Below are positions 10,068 through 18,653 of a stretch of DNA of 64,000 nucleotides, in pieces (position 1 is the first letter of the stretch; each line of letters starts with the position of its first letter). The position numbers were made by a program, and so were the translations under genes. The DNA is from a bacterium (GTDB taxonomy: Bacteria; UBA10199; 2-02-FULL-44-16; JAAZCA01). Location: NCBI GenBank assembly GCA_963674695.2, contig CAXXGI010000003.1, positions 320,001 to 384,000 of the forward strand, written 5' to 3'. The notes under the pieces were generated by a model. It saw only the letters and a list, made by a program, of their open reading frames with translations. It was not told the origin of the DNA and made no database searches.

Positions 10068-10091
10068 CAAGGAATAGAGAAAGGGGTTTCT

Positions 10092-11270
10092 ATGATTCCG
10101 ATTATCGTTCTGGGGCTGGCCTTCCTTGCTGGATGCGGATCTGCTGTGGTTGAATCCGAGAAAAAAAAGGACCAGAAACCGGAGGATAAGGGTGGCGAGC
10201 CTTCGGGCGAGCCTTCGATCGAAGCGCTCGCTCCGTTCGAGGCCCAGCGTGTCTGTCCTGAAGAGAGTGACGATTCCTCTGTCGTTGAGAACGGTGAGAG
10301 TTTCTCGGCGTTGAGCGACGACTCCGGCTATGCGTGCGTCGTCCATCGGTGGGATCGGGATGCCGATCAAACATCGGTTCGGGCACAGGTGCATCGTTTT
10401 GGTGAACGGGCGCCGATCTGGACGCAGGAACCGTTCGATCTCAATGTTTTGTTTCCAAAGGTCAATATTCACGGGGAAGAGGGAAGGATGATGCTGACCT
10501 ATCACGATGGGACGAATCAGGTGATCCATCACATCGCGCCGGAGGAGGAACGCATCGTGATGGACGAGGTGTCCGGATGTGTGGTCAGTGCGGACGGAAC
10601 GCTCGGGGTGATGGTTCGAGATGATAAACGGCAGGCCTTCGACCCGGCCGAACCGGATGTGGATAGCGTCTGTCGATTCGATGCCGAGGAGGTTGGACTC
10701 ATCAAGGGCCTCGCCAATGACGGCACGTTGCTCTTGGGCGGGATCCGGCTGGTGACGGATGTGCCCAACGCGACGCTCGATGAGTTTTTGGACTCCTATT
10801 ATGTCGTCGAGGATTCCTATCTCTCGAATTCCTGTTCGGGCGAGAACCGGATGATCGCCGATTCGCGTCGTTGGCCCTGTATGGAGATGCAGCGCATCTC
10901 CGACGACGGGAGCACGATCGCCATCACCAACGCCTGTGATCCGCACCTGCTCGTTGTCGATGGGGAGGCGTCAGTCCTGGCCGTTCCGCCGGAGGGAGCC
11001 GAGTATCTGCATCCCCTCGGGATGAGCGCAAACGGCCGGACGATCTGTTTTGCGACGGCGGGGGACTACCTGCTCTACGATGCGGTCGATGCGCGCTGGA
11101 CGAACGTCCGCGGGCGTTTCCCGCTGGCGCTCGATTCCGACAGCATCCTCACGGTGGCGTGCGAGGTGGCCAGCCTCGATGGCGTCGAGGGGGCGCTCTA
11201 TTTCGCGGACTCCGAAGCGGGGATGCATTTCATCTATCGCGCGGATCTTCGGGATGTTTGGGAGCGCTAG
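10092..11270 (+). CDS. Hypothetical lipoprotein, possibly beta-propeller
   Basis: Lipobox LAGC; repeated VSADG/LANDG/ISDDG/MSANG blade-like motifs. Confidence 0.75.
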   Translation: MIPIIVLGLAFLAGCGSAVVESEKKKDQKPEDKGGEPSGEPSIEALAPFEAQRVCPEESDDSSVVENGESFSALSDDSGYACVVHRWDRDADQTSVRAQVHRFGERAPIWTQEPFDLNVLFPKVNIHGEEGRMMLTYHDGTNQVIHHIAPEEERIVMDEVSGCVVSADGTLGVMVRDDKRQAFDPAEPDVDSVCRFDAEEVGLIKGLANDGTLLLGGIRLVTDVPNATLDEFLDSYYVVEDSYLSNSCSGENRMIADSRRWPCMEMQRISDDGSTIAITNACDPHLLVVDGEASVLAVPPEGAEYLHPLGMSANGRTICFATAGDYLLYDAVDARWTNVRGRFPLALDSDSILTVACEVASLDGVEGALYFADSEAGMHFIYRADLRDVWER

Positions 11271-11288
11271 CGGTCCGTTCGGGGATTC

Positions 11289-12713
11289 CTACACTTCCAT
11301 CACCTTCATCATATTGGCCGCACCCGGGGCGGTGTCCGAACCGCAGACGATGACGGCTTTCTGACCCCGCCGGATGCGCTTCGCGCACAGTGCCGCATCG
11401 ACTCCCTTGGCGATCATCGTGTCGATCGACTTCCATGTGCGCAGGTGGAGTGGGGTGGTGCCCCAGAGCAGACAGGTGCGCCGGGCGGCGTCGGCGTCGT
11501 GCGTGAGCGCGATGATCTCGACCGACGGGCGTTGTTTGGCGAGCAATACCGCCGATCGGCCGGTGATCGTGAAGACGAGCAAGGCCTGGGCATTGGCGTC
11601 TTCGGCGGCAAAACAGGCCGCGCGCGCGGTGGCAATCGCGGGGCATTCGTAGGAGACATCCGGCTCGAAGGTGCCCAGGTGCAGGTAGGGGCTCTCTTCC
11701 GCGGCGGCGACGATTCGCGCGAGCGTGGCCACGGCCAGAACGGGATCGCGTCCGACCGAGGTCTCCGCGGAGAGCATCACGCAATCGGCGCCGTCGAAGA
11801 CGGCATTGGCGGCATCCGATGCCTCCGCGCGCGTCGGGCGCGCCTCGTGTACCATGCTCTCGAGCATCTGGGTGGCGACGATCGAGGGTTTGCGCAGCCC
11901 TTCGGCCTCGGTCAGGATCTGTTTCTGGATGATCGGTACGCGTTCGAGCGGAATCTCCACGCCCAGGTCGCCGCGCGCGACCATCACCGCATCGGCTTCC
12001 CTCATGATCGCCTCGAAGTGGTCGATGGCGGTCTGGCGTTCGATCTTGGCGATGATCGGGACGATGCGCTTCTCGCGACGCATGATGCGGCGAACCTTTT
12101 GGATGTCCTCGGGACGCTGCGCAAAAGAGACGCCGACGAAATCGACGCCGTGGCGCAGCGCGAAGCGCAGGTCTTGCTCATCCTTCTTCGTGATGGCGGA
12201 TGTTGCCAACGCCACACCGGGGAGATTGATTCCCTTGTGTTCGCGCAGAGGGCCGCCGTCGACGACGGTCGCCGCGATGCGTTTTTCGGAGATCTTCGTT
12301 ACCCGCACGGAGAGCAGGCCATCGTCGATGAGCATCGTGTCGCCCGCCGTGAGATCGCCGGCGAGGTTCGGAAAGGTGACGGGAATTTCACCGGCCTTCG
12401 CGGTGGTTTCAGGCGCGAAGATGACCGTCGATTTTGGTTTGAGATCGATCGGTAGTCCCTGCGGCAATTTCCCGACGCGGATCTTGGGACCACCCAGATC
12501 GACGTGAATCGCCACCGGGCGAGAGGTGGTTTTTTCGGCCTGACGGATGCGGCGGATATTCTCCGCATGCTGCTCATGATCGCCGTGCGACATGTTGAGC
12601 CGGGCGATGTCCATGCCGGCTCGAATCATGCGCTGCAGCGTCTTGGGAGCGCGGCTCGCGGGGCCCACGGTGGCCATGATCTTGGTCTTGTTTCGATGGG
12701 TTGCTGTTTTCAT
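11289..12713 (-). CDS. pyk: Pyruvate kinase
   Basis: TKIMATVGPAS, ARLNMSHG, DLGGPKIR, IIAKIE, MVARGDLGVE, ATQMLESM, DGADCVMLSAET. Confidence 0.97.
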   Translation of the reverse strand: MKTATHRNKTKIMATVGPASRAPKTLQRMIRAGMDIARLNMSHGDHEQHAENIRRIRQAEKTTSRPVAIHVDLGGPKIRVGKLPQGLPIDLKPKSTVIFAPETTAKAGEIPVTFPNLAGDLTAGDTMLIDDGLLSVRVTKISEKRIAATVVDGGPLREHKGINLPGVALATSAITKKDEQDLRFALRHGVDFVGVSFAQRPEDIQKVRRIMRREKRIVPIIAKIERQTAIDHFEAIMREADAVMVARGDLGVEIPLERVPIIQKQILTEAEGLRKPSIVATQMLESMVHEARPTRAEASDAANAVFDGADCVMLSAETSVGRDPVLAVATLARIVAAAEESPYLHLGTFEPDVSYECPAIATARAACFAAEDANAQALLVFTITGRSAVLLAKQRPSVEIIALTHDADAARRTCLLWGTTPLHLRTWKSIDTMIAKGVDAALCAKRIRRGQKAVIVCGSDTAPGAANMMKVMEV

Positions 12714-12816
12714 GATTCGATTTCTATCAGATACGGTCGGTCGGTGCATCCCCCTTTTTCCGTGGTTGTTCAGCGGAGTCAAATACGGTATGCAGGCATA
12801 CAGAAAGGGAGGAACT

Positions 12817-13326
12817 ATGGACGTCTTGGAAGCCATTCGCACGCGTCACAGCATTCGGGCCTATACCGATCAAGAGGTTCCCGAGACAACGATTCAGGAA
12901 CTCCTCGAAGCGGCCATGTGTGCGCCATCGGCGGGAAACGCCCGGCCGTGGCACTTCGTGGTCATGCGCGATCGAGCGGTCCTCGATGCCGTTCCGAGTT
13001 TTCATCCGTATGCGAAGATGATGCTCCAGAGCAACGCGGCCATCCTCGTCTGTGGAGATGCCGGCAACGAGCGCTTCGGTCCCTATTGGGTGCAGGATTG
13101 CGCAGCGGCGATAGAGAACATGCTGCTCGCGGCGCATGGGCGCGGCTTGGGCGCGGTCTGGCTGGGGCTGCATCCACGCAAGGAGCGCAAAGCGAAGATG
13201 CGCGAGCTGGTGGGAATGCCCGAGGAGATGCATTCGCTGGGGATTGTCTGTCTGGGGTATCCGAAAGAAACAAAGGATGCGGGCGATCGCTACGATTCGA
13301 CGCGCGTGCATCTCAATCGGTGGTGA
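12817..13326 (+). CDS. Nitroreductase family protein
   Basis: IRTRHSIRAY, APSAGNARPWHF, QDCAAAIENMLLAA, GLGAVWLG; GGAGG SD. Confidence 0.93.
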   Translation: MDVLEAIRTRHSIRAYTDQEVPETTIQELLEAAMCAPSAGNARPWHFVVMRDRAVLDAVPSFHPYAKMMLQSNAAILVCGDAGNERFGPYWVQDCAAAIENMLLAAHGRGLGAVWLGLHPRKERKAKMRELVGMPEEMHSLGIVCLGYPKETKDAGDRYDSTRVHLNRW

Positions 13327-13346
13327 TGAGGGAGAAGGAGAGAACC

Positions 13347-13598
13347 ATGGCAGATCTCGTTGAACTCAAGACGTTCAACTCGCGGGCGGAAGCGGAGATG
13401 GCAAAGGCCTACCTCGAGGCTGAGGGGATTGAAACGATGGTGCAGGCCGACGATTGCGGTGGCATGCGTCCCTTCATGCTCACCGGCGCCGGGGGTGTGC
13501 GCCTGATGGTGCATGAGGAGGATGCCGGTCGTGCGCTGCTCATCCTCGAGGCCGTGGCCGCCGATCCCGGCGATGCATGGAAAGAGGGGGCAGAGTGA
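13347..13598 (+). CDS. DUF2007-like small protein
   Basis: LKTFNSRAEAEMAKAYLEAEGI...GVRLMVHEEDA; AGGAG SD. Confidence 0.85.
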   Translation: MADLVELKTFNSRAEAEMAKAYLEAEGIETMVQADDCGGMRPFMLTGAGGVRLMVHEEDAGRALLILEAVAADPGDAWKEGAE

Positions 13599-14626
13599 CG
13601 CGCGCCAAGGGGACAAAGCGATCGCGCATGGGCCTGCGCCAGACCGAAGAGGCCATCAAGTTCATCAAGGATCGCTTCGAACACAAACTCGCTCGCACAC
13701 TCCATCTCACGCGCGTCTCCGCGCCGCTGGCGGTTCTTGCGAACTCCGGCATCAACGATCACTTAAACGGCGTGGAGAAACCGGCATCCTTTCGCATCAA
13801 GGCGATGGGGGAGACCGCCGAGATCGTCCAGTCGTTGGCCAAGTGGAAGCGCCAGGCGCTGGGTGTATACGGATTTCGCGCGGGCGAAGGGCTCTATACG
13901 GATATGAATGCTGTTCGGCCCGATGAGGAGCTCGACGCCCTGCACTCGTTCTATGTCGACCAGTGGGATTGGGAAGTCGTCATCGGGAAACGCGAGCGTC
14001 ATCTCAAGACGCTCACGGCAGCGGCCACCTCGATCTATCGCATCGTGCGCACGATGGAGCGCGAGACCTGTCGGCGCTATCCGAAGCTCGGTGTTCCCGC
14101 TCTCCCGTCGCGCATGCGTTTCATCCAGAGTGAGGAACTCCTGAAGCGCTATCCGCATCTCGATCCTCGGGCGCGGGAAGATGCCATCTGCCGCGAGTGG
14201 GGGGCGGTCTTCATCATCGGCATCGGGGCGAAGCTCTCCGATGGCCGCATGCACGATGGGCGTGCCGCGGATTACGACGACTGGTCGACGGAAACCGAAG
14301 CGGGTTATCGAGGGCTCAACGGCGATATCCTCGTTTGGAACCCGGTTCTCAAGCGCGCCTTCGAGCTCTCCTCCATGGGCATCCGTGTGGATGCGGCCGC
14401 GCTCAAAGAACAGCTGCGCATTCGGCGCGAGCAGAAAAACGCCGCGTTGCCATTTCACCGCGCGCTGCTGTCAGGAAAACTTCCGCTCACCATGGGCGGG
14501 GGCATCGGGCAGTCGCGCTTGTGTATGTTTTTCCTGCGCTGTCGCCATATCGGCGAGGTCCAGGCCGGCATCTGGCCGGCCGCGATGCGGCGCCGCTGTC
14601 ACGCGCAAGGGATCGCGCTCCTGTGA
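13595..14626 (+). CDS. asnA: Aspartate--ammonia ligase
   Basis: GINDHLNGVEKP, EIVQSLAKWKR, GLYTDMNAVRPDE, YVDQWDWE, HDGRAADYDDW, ELSSMGIRV, GGGIGQSR. Confidence 0.96.
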   Translation: MTRAKGTKRSRMGLRQTEEAIKFIKDRFEHKLARTLHLTRVSAPLAVLANSGINDHLNGVEKPASFRIKAMGETAEIVQSLAKWKRQALGVYGFRAGEGLYTDMNAVRPDEELDALHSFYVDQWDWEVVIGKRERHLKTLTAAATSIYRIVRTMERETCRRYPKLGVPALPSRMRFIQSEELLKRYPHLDPRAREDAICREWGAVFIIGIGAKLSDGRMHDGRAADYDDWSTETEAGYRGLNGDILVWNPVLKRAFELSSMGIRVDAAALKEQLRIRREQKNAALPFHRALLSGKLPLTMGGGIGQSRLCMFFLRCRHIGEVQAGIWPAAMRRRCHAQGIALL

Positions 14627-14642
14627 TAAAGGATAGTTACTC

Positions 14643-15539
14643 ATGACCTTTCATTCCGGATATGCGGCGCTCGTGGGGCGCCCCAACGTCGGCAAGTCGA
14701 CGCTCATCAACGCGATTCTCGGCGAGGCTCTGGCCATCGTCACGCCGAAGGCACAGACCACGCGTCATCGCATCGTGGGGATTCTCAACGTGCCCGAAGC
14801 GCAGGTCGTCTTCCTCGACACGCCCGGGTATCATCGCTCGGGAAAGCTCCTCAATCGTTCGATGAACGATATCGTCGATGCGGTCATCGACGACGCCGAC
14901 GTGATCTGTCTGATGGTGGATGCGACCGACGACGATCCGAGCATGGAGCGCACGCTCTTCGATCGCATCGGCGCCGAGCGCTGTGTGATTGTCGTCAACA
15001 AGGCCGATCTGGTCAAACGCGAGCGCTTCGATGCTCTCGCGGCGCGTTTTCGCGACGAATGGAAGGCGAAAGAGATGATCATCCTCTCCGCGCTCAAGAA
15101 CGAGGGCGTGATGACGCTCATCGACGCGATCGTCAAGCGCCTGCCGGAGGGAGAACCCTTCTATCCGACGGACATCTACGCCGACCACCCGGTGCGCTTT
15201 CTCGCGGCGGAACTCATTCGGGAACAGGTCTTTTTGCAGATGCAGCAGGAGATCCCCTACGCCGCCGCCGTCGAGATCGAGTCGTTCACGGATGCGACCG
15301 ACGATGATCCCATCACGCGCATCCATGCGGCGATCATCGTCGAGCGCGATACGCAGAAGGGGATGGTCGTGGGCAAGGGCGGAACTCGCATCAAGGCGAT
15401 TGGGCAGCGCTCGCGCCTCAAGATCGAAGCGCTCGTCGGCGGAAAGGTCTTTCTCGACCTTCGTGTGCGTGTGGAAAAGGATTGGACCAAGGATTCCGAG
15501 GCGATTCGAAAGTTCGGGTATGCGCGTCAGCTGGACTAA
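14643..15539 (+). CDS. era: GTPase Era
   Basis: GRPNVGKSTL, KAQTTRHRI, DTPG, NKAD, QEIPY, KH domain GKGG. Confidence 0.97.
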   Translation: MTFHSGYAALVGRPNVGKSTLINAILGEALAIVTPKAQTTRHRIVGILNVPEAQVVFLDTPGYHRSGKLLNRSMNDIVDAVIDDADVICLMVDATDDDPSMERTLFDRIGAERCVIVVNKADLVKRERFDALAARFRDEWKAKEMIILSALKNEGVMTLIDAIVKRLPEGEPFYPTDIYADHPVRFLAAELIREQVFLQMQQEIPYAAAVEIESFTDATDDDPITRIHAAIIVERDTQKGMVVGKGGTRIKAIGQRSRLKIEALVGGKVFLDLRVRVEKDWTKDSEAIRKFGYARQLD

Positions 15540-16558
15540 CGTTCCTCTTCTGTTTTCTTCTCTCGATCCAATATCTCGAGTATCGCGACGCCGGCACGGT
15601 AGGGCGCTTGTGAAGAGAGGTAATCGGAAAGTTTCTCCTCATAGATCGTATCGCGTTTACTGCGAATCGTGCCGTGACGAATGACGGGTTCAAGGCAGGC
15701 CTTTTCCTGATCCCCATTCGGCGCGAGCAATAGCGCGACGTGTGAGATGATCACTCCTGCAGCATGGGCGCGCGATTCGGGAAGGGCGAATGCCAGGATC
15801 GATGCCTCGGGAAGGCGGGCGACCATTTCTTCATTCAGGATGCGGTGCTGGCCATCGACGAACCAGGCGGACATGGGGATGATCTCCACGGCGGTTGCTT
15901 CCGGTTCCATCAACTCGAGACGATCGAACTGCTTGAAGATTTCGGTTTTCTGATCGATGGTCAAGTCGGTGCGTTGGCCGATCCATTTCGCGCGATCGAT
16001 CGTGCTACGGATCGTTTCGGTCTTGTCTTCACCGACCCAGCTGGTGACGTCCTGCACGAACCCGCGCATCTCGTTCGTTGCCATCCAGTCGGCGGAAAAA
16101 AAGTGGAGTCGCCCGCCATAGATGCCTCGTCCATCCTCATGATAGCGGATGGTGGTCAGCGCCTCCTGGAAATCGGAGAAAGTGGTGCTCAATGAAAGCG
16201 CCATGACGTGTTCGATAAAGGTGACGCAGTCATGCCCGTCGAAGCGAAACATCGGATCGGTATCGATGGAAGCGCCTTCGCCTTCACCCGTGGCATCGAG
16301 CAGAAAGGGGAGGTCGAGAAAACGGCGGCTGATGCAGTCGATGCGCGGTGTGGGCGCAAACGCATGGATGCGAGAGAGCGTTTCCTCGAAGGTATTCTGA
16401 TCGTTCGGATCGAAGGCGCAGCCGGTCTGCTCGGGACGGCAGAGATCGACCGATGTCGCCATCGACATCATCGGAGACGCGTCGATGCATTCCGGGTGCG
16501 ACATCACTCGGCATTCCCATCGATCGGGGGATGGGCTGATCGGGATATCCTTTGCCAT
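15536..16558 (-). CDS. DUF1460 / NlpC-P60-like N-acetylmuramoyl-L-alanine amidase
   Basis: GEGEG..DTDPMFRFDGHDCVTFIEHVMAL (catalytic Cys), RLHFFSADW, SHVALL (His); no Sec signal peptide. Confidence 0.85.
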   Translation of the reverse strand: MAKDIPISPSPDRWECRVMSHPECIDASPMMSMATSVDLCRPEQTGCAFDPNDQNTFEETLSRIHAFAPTPRIDCISRRFLDLPFLLDATGEGEGASIDTDPMFRFDGHDCVTFIEHVMALSLSTTFSDFQEALTTIRYHEDGRGIYGGRLHFFSADWMATNEMRGFVQDVTSWVGEDKTETIRSTIDRAKWIGQRTDLTIDQKTEIFKQFDRLELMEPEATAVEIIPMSAWFVDGQHRILNEEMVARLPEASILAFALPESRAHAAGVIISHVALLLAPNGDQEKACLEPVIRHGTIRSKRDTIYEEKLSDYLSSQAPYRAGVAILEILDREKKTEEER

Positions 16559-16567
16559 GATACCCTC

Positions 16568-16594
16568 TTATCGGATTTTCTCCGAAAAAGGTGC
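16568..16594 (-). promoter_or_regulatory. Putative sigma28-like promoter GCAC-N15-TCCGATAA
   Basis: Shared orphan-gene motif, only 9 nt upstream of the ATG. Confidence 0.55.
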
Positions 16595-16662
16595 GTAAAA
16601 AATGGGGGTGCTGTTTGTCGATTGCATCGACATCAATCCGTGTGATATCGGTGGGTTGGAGG

Positions 16663-17886
16663 ATGATGAAACGCTATCTCAAAAAAAGTCTCCTATCGGG
16701 TTGTGCCATAGCCCTCATCATGAGCGGGGTTTCATCGGCCCGGGGTGCATCTGCCGAGAAGACGCCCGCTGCGCCTAAAGCGACAGGAGTTGCGATTGCA
16801 GCGCCTGCGCGCATCGCGGAAACCACCTATCAACGTGCGGGAAAACGATTCGACGTCGCCTTCTGGTCGATGGCCTCGGGCGATCTCGACGGCGATGGGG
16901 GCCGGGAGACGATCCTGCTCGAACGCGAGCGCGTGCGCATCGGTCGGCTCGCCGGTGTTGAGTTCACCGAAACGTCTCGCTGTGCGTGGAAGGGGCAGGC
17001 GCAAGGGGCGCGTGTCGATTGCTTCGATATCGATGGCGATGGCGACGACGAGATCCTCGTGACCGCCGTCGAAGAGGGGATGCCCGCATCGGCGGTGCTC
17101 GACTATCGCGACGGGAGCTGCACGCAGATGCTCGCCTATGTGCGGTACTCGATGCGCGTCGTGGCCGTTCCGGATGCAGCGCCTTCTTCCGCTGGAGAGA
17201 GCCCTCCATCGCCGGTGACGTGGAAGCGGGTCTTGTCGGGGCAGGGGTGGTCGGGCCAGCAGTTCTTCAGCGGTGCCGTCACCCGCCTTGAATATGATGG
17301 AAAGAAGCTCCGTCGTCGGGAAACATTATCGTTGCCGCGCTACACCGATATCTATCAGTTTGCCTACCTCCCCGCTGATGCGGGAGAGCCGAGTGTCCTG
17401 CGTCTGGCCGGACATGAGCGCCTCGAACTGCATGAGCGGCGTGGACGGAAATTCAAACGCGTCTGGCGTAGCGTGAAGCGCTATGGGGGAACCCTCAATC
17501 TCTTGCCGGCCCAGCAGCGTTCGGTTCTGGGCGAGGTGCAGCATCAGTTTGCCCTCTTCGGAATTCCTCCGGCGATCGTCGCCCAGCGGTCTCCGACGAC
17601 GGCGTTCGTCGCGCAGCAGGATATGCCGGTGCAGGGGATGGTGGGACGCCTGCCCTTTGTTCGTGGCGGACGCATGGTGGGGCTCGTTTCCGACCCGGTC
17701 CTGGGGTTCTTGCCGCAGATGCAGACGGTTTTGCTTTCGGCGGGGATCGTCGATTTCGCTGCGGTCGTCGATCCGGAGGGGGGCGCGCTCCAACTCATCG
17801 TGCTTGCTCGAATGAACCCGACCTATTTCTCCCAGGATCCGCAGAGCCAGCTCCTGCTCTTTGCGTGGCCCCAGACAGGCTCCTAG
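16663..17886 (+). CDS. Secreted FG-GAP/VCBS repeat protein
   Basis: Signal peptide; GDLDGDGGRE and DIDGDGDDEI repeats. Confidence 0.8.
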   Translation: MMKRYLKKSLLSGCAIALIMSGVSSARGASAEKTPAAPKATGVAIAAPARIAETTYQRAGKRFDVAFWSMASGDLDGDGGRETILLERERVRIGRLAGVEFTETSRCAWKGQAQGARVDCFDIDGDGDDEILVTAVEEGMPASAVLDYRDGSCTQMLAYVRYSMRVVAVPDAAPSSAGESPPSPVTWKRVLSGQGWSGQQFFSGAVTRLEYDGKKLRRRETLSLPRYTDIYQFAYLPADAGEPSVLRLAGHERLELHERRGRKFKRVWRSVKRYGGTLNLLPAQQRSVLGEVQHQFALFGIPPAIVAQRSPTTAFVAQQDMPVQGMVGRLPFVRGGRMVGLVSDPVLGFLPQMQTVLLSAGIVDFAAVVDPEGGALQLIVLARMNPTYFSQDPQSQLLLFAWPQTGS

Positions 17887-18119
17887 TGTGGGGTGCAGCC
17901 CTGATAGCAGCCTTTGAGGGCATCCGTGCATTCGCAGGGTTTGGTGATGTCCGTCTCACACTTGAGCAGGCAGGTATCGTAGGCCAGGTCACAGTCCTGA
18001 ACGCAGTTGGTGTCGGCGTCGTAGGGGGGCTCAGGCTCCGATGAGGTGGGCGCGATCGGGTTGGGATCGCAGGCGCTCAACAGTATCATGACGCTCAATA
18101 CAAACACGATTCTCTTCAT
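17883..18119 (-). CDS. Small Cys-rich lipoprotein
   Basis: Lipobox LSAC, Pro linker, then 8 Cys (CxxxC...CxxxC...CxC...CxxxC). Confidence 0.7.
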   Translation of the reverse strand: MKRIVFVLSVMILLSACDPNPIAPTSSEPEPPYDADTNCVQDCDLAYDTCLLKCETDITKPCECTDALKGCYQGCTPH

Positions 18120-18271
18120 CTCGCATCCTTTATGAGGGCAAACGGGCTCCCGCTAAAAAATGAAATTACGGGAAATCCTATAAAAGGGCAACGGTTCTGT
18201 TCATTCTCAAAGGACTTGCACTCAAATACGGTTTGTGCAAAATCCGCTCGCTCCATGAACGAGGACGTTGT

Positions 18272-18348
18272 GGCGGGGTAGCTCAGCTGGTGAGAGCGGT
18301 GGATTCATAACCCACAGGTCGGCGGTTCAAGTCCGCCCCCCGCTACCA
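18272..18348 (+). tRNA. tRNA-Met (CAT), elongator type
   Basis: Acceptor GGCGGGG/CCCCGCT, anticodon loop TTCATAA, T-loop TTCAAGT, encoded CCA; lacks the initiator C1:A72 mismatch and triple G-C anticodon stem. Confidence 0.92.
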
Positions 18349-18586
18349 ACACACAGCCCAGAGGGTCTTGAAAGACCATCTGGGCTGATGTGTTGGTAAG
18401 CCCGCCGAGCTCAGTGGAGGGCTACCAAAACACGGCTTTGCGGGCGATAGTGTCGCCTGCAAAGCCGTTGTTTTATGGTAACCGCAGTTCCTTCCCCGTC
18501 GTCGTCTGTCTTCTATCCCCTTGAAATAACAACTGAAAATGTAGATCCGACCTGTCTATCCCGCACGGCTGTGTCAAAATAACTTC

Positions 18587-18613
18587 GCAACTTTTCGTGG
18601 CGGCAGCCGAAAA
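18587..18613 (+). promoter_or_regulatory. Putative sigma28-like promoter GCAA-N15-GCCGAAAA
   Basis: Shared orphan-gene motif. Confidence 0.6.
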
Positions 18614-18653
18614 TACCGGTGGAAGTTCATTTTCGGGGGCAGGAGGCATTTCC

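Noticed and set aside
18135-18200. Possible c-di-GMP-I (GEMM) riboswitch suggested by GGGCAAAC
   Set aside because: Lacks the GAAA-capped P2 stem and the downstream GCAAA/P3 elements, and no gene follows in a suitable position
18272-18348. tRNA-Ile2 or initiator identity for the CAT tRNA
   Set aside because: Position 1:72 is paired (G:U), there is no triple G-C anticodon stem, and the G2-C71/C3-G70 acceptor fits elongator Met; Ile2 is not fully excluded
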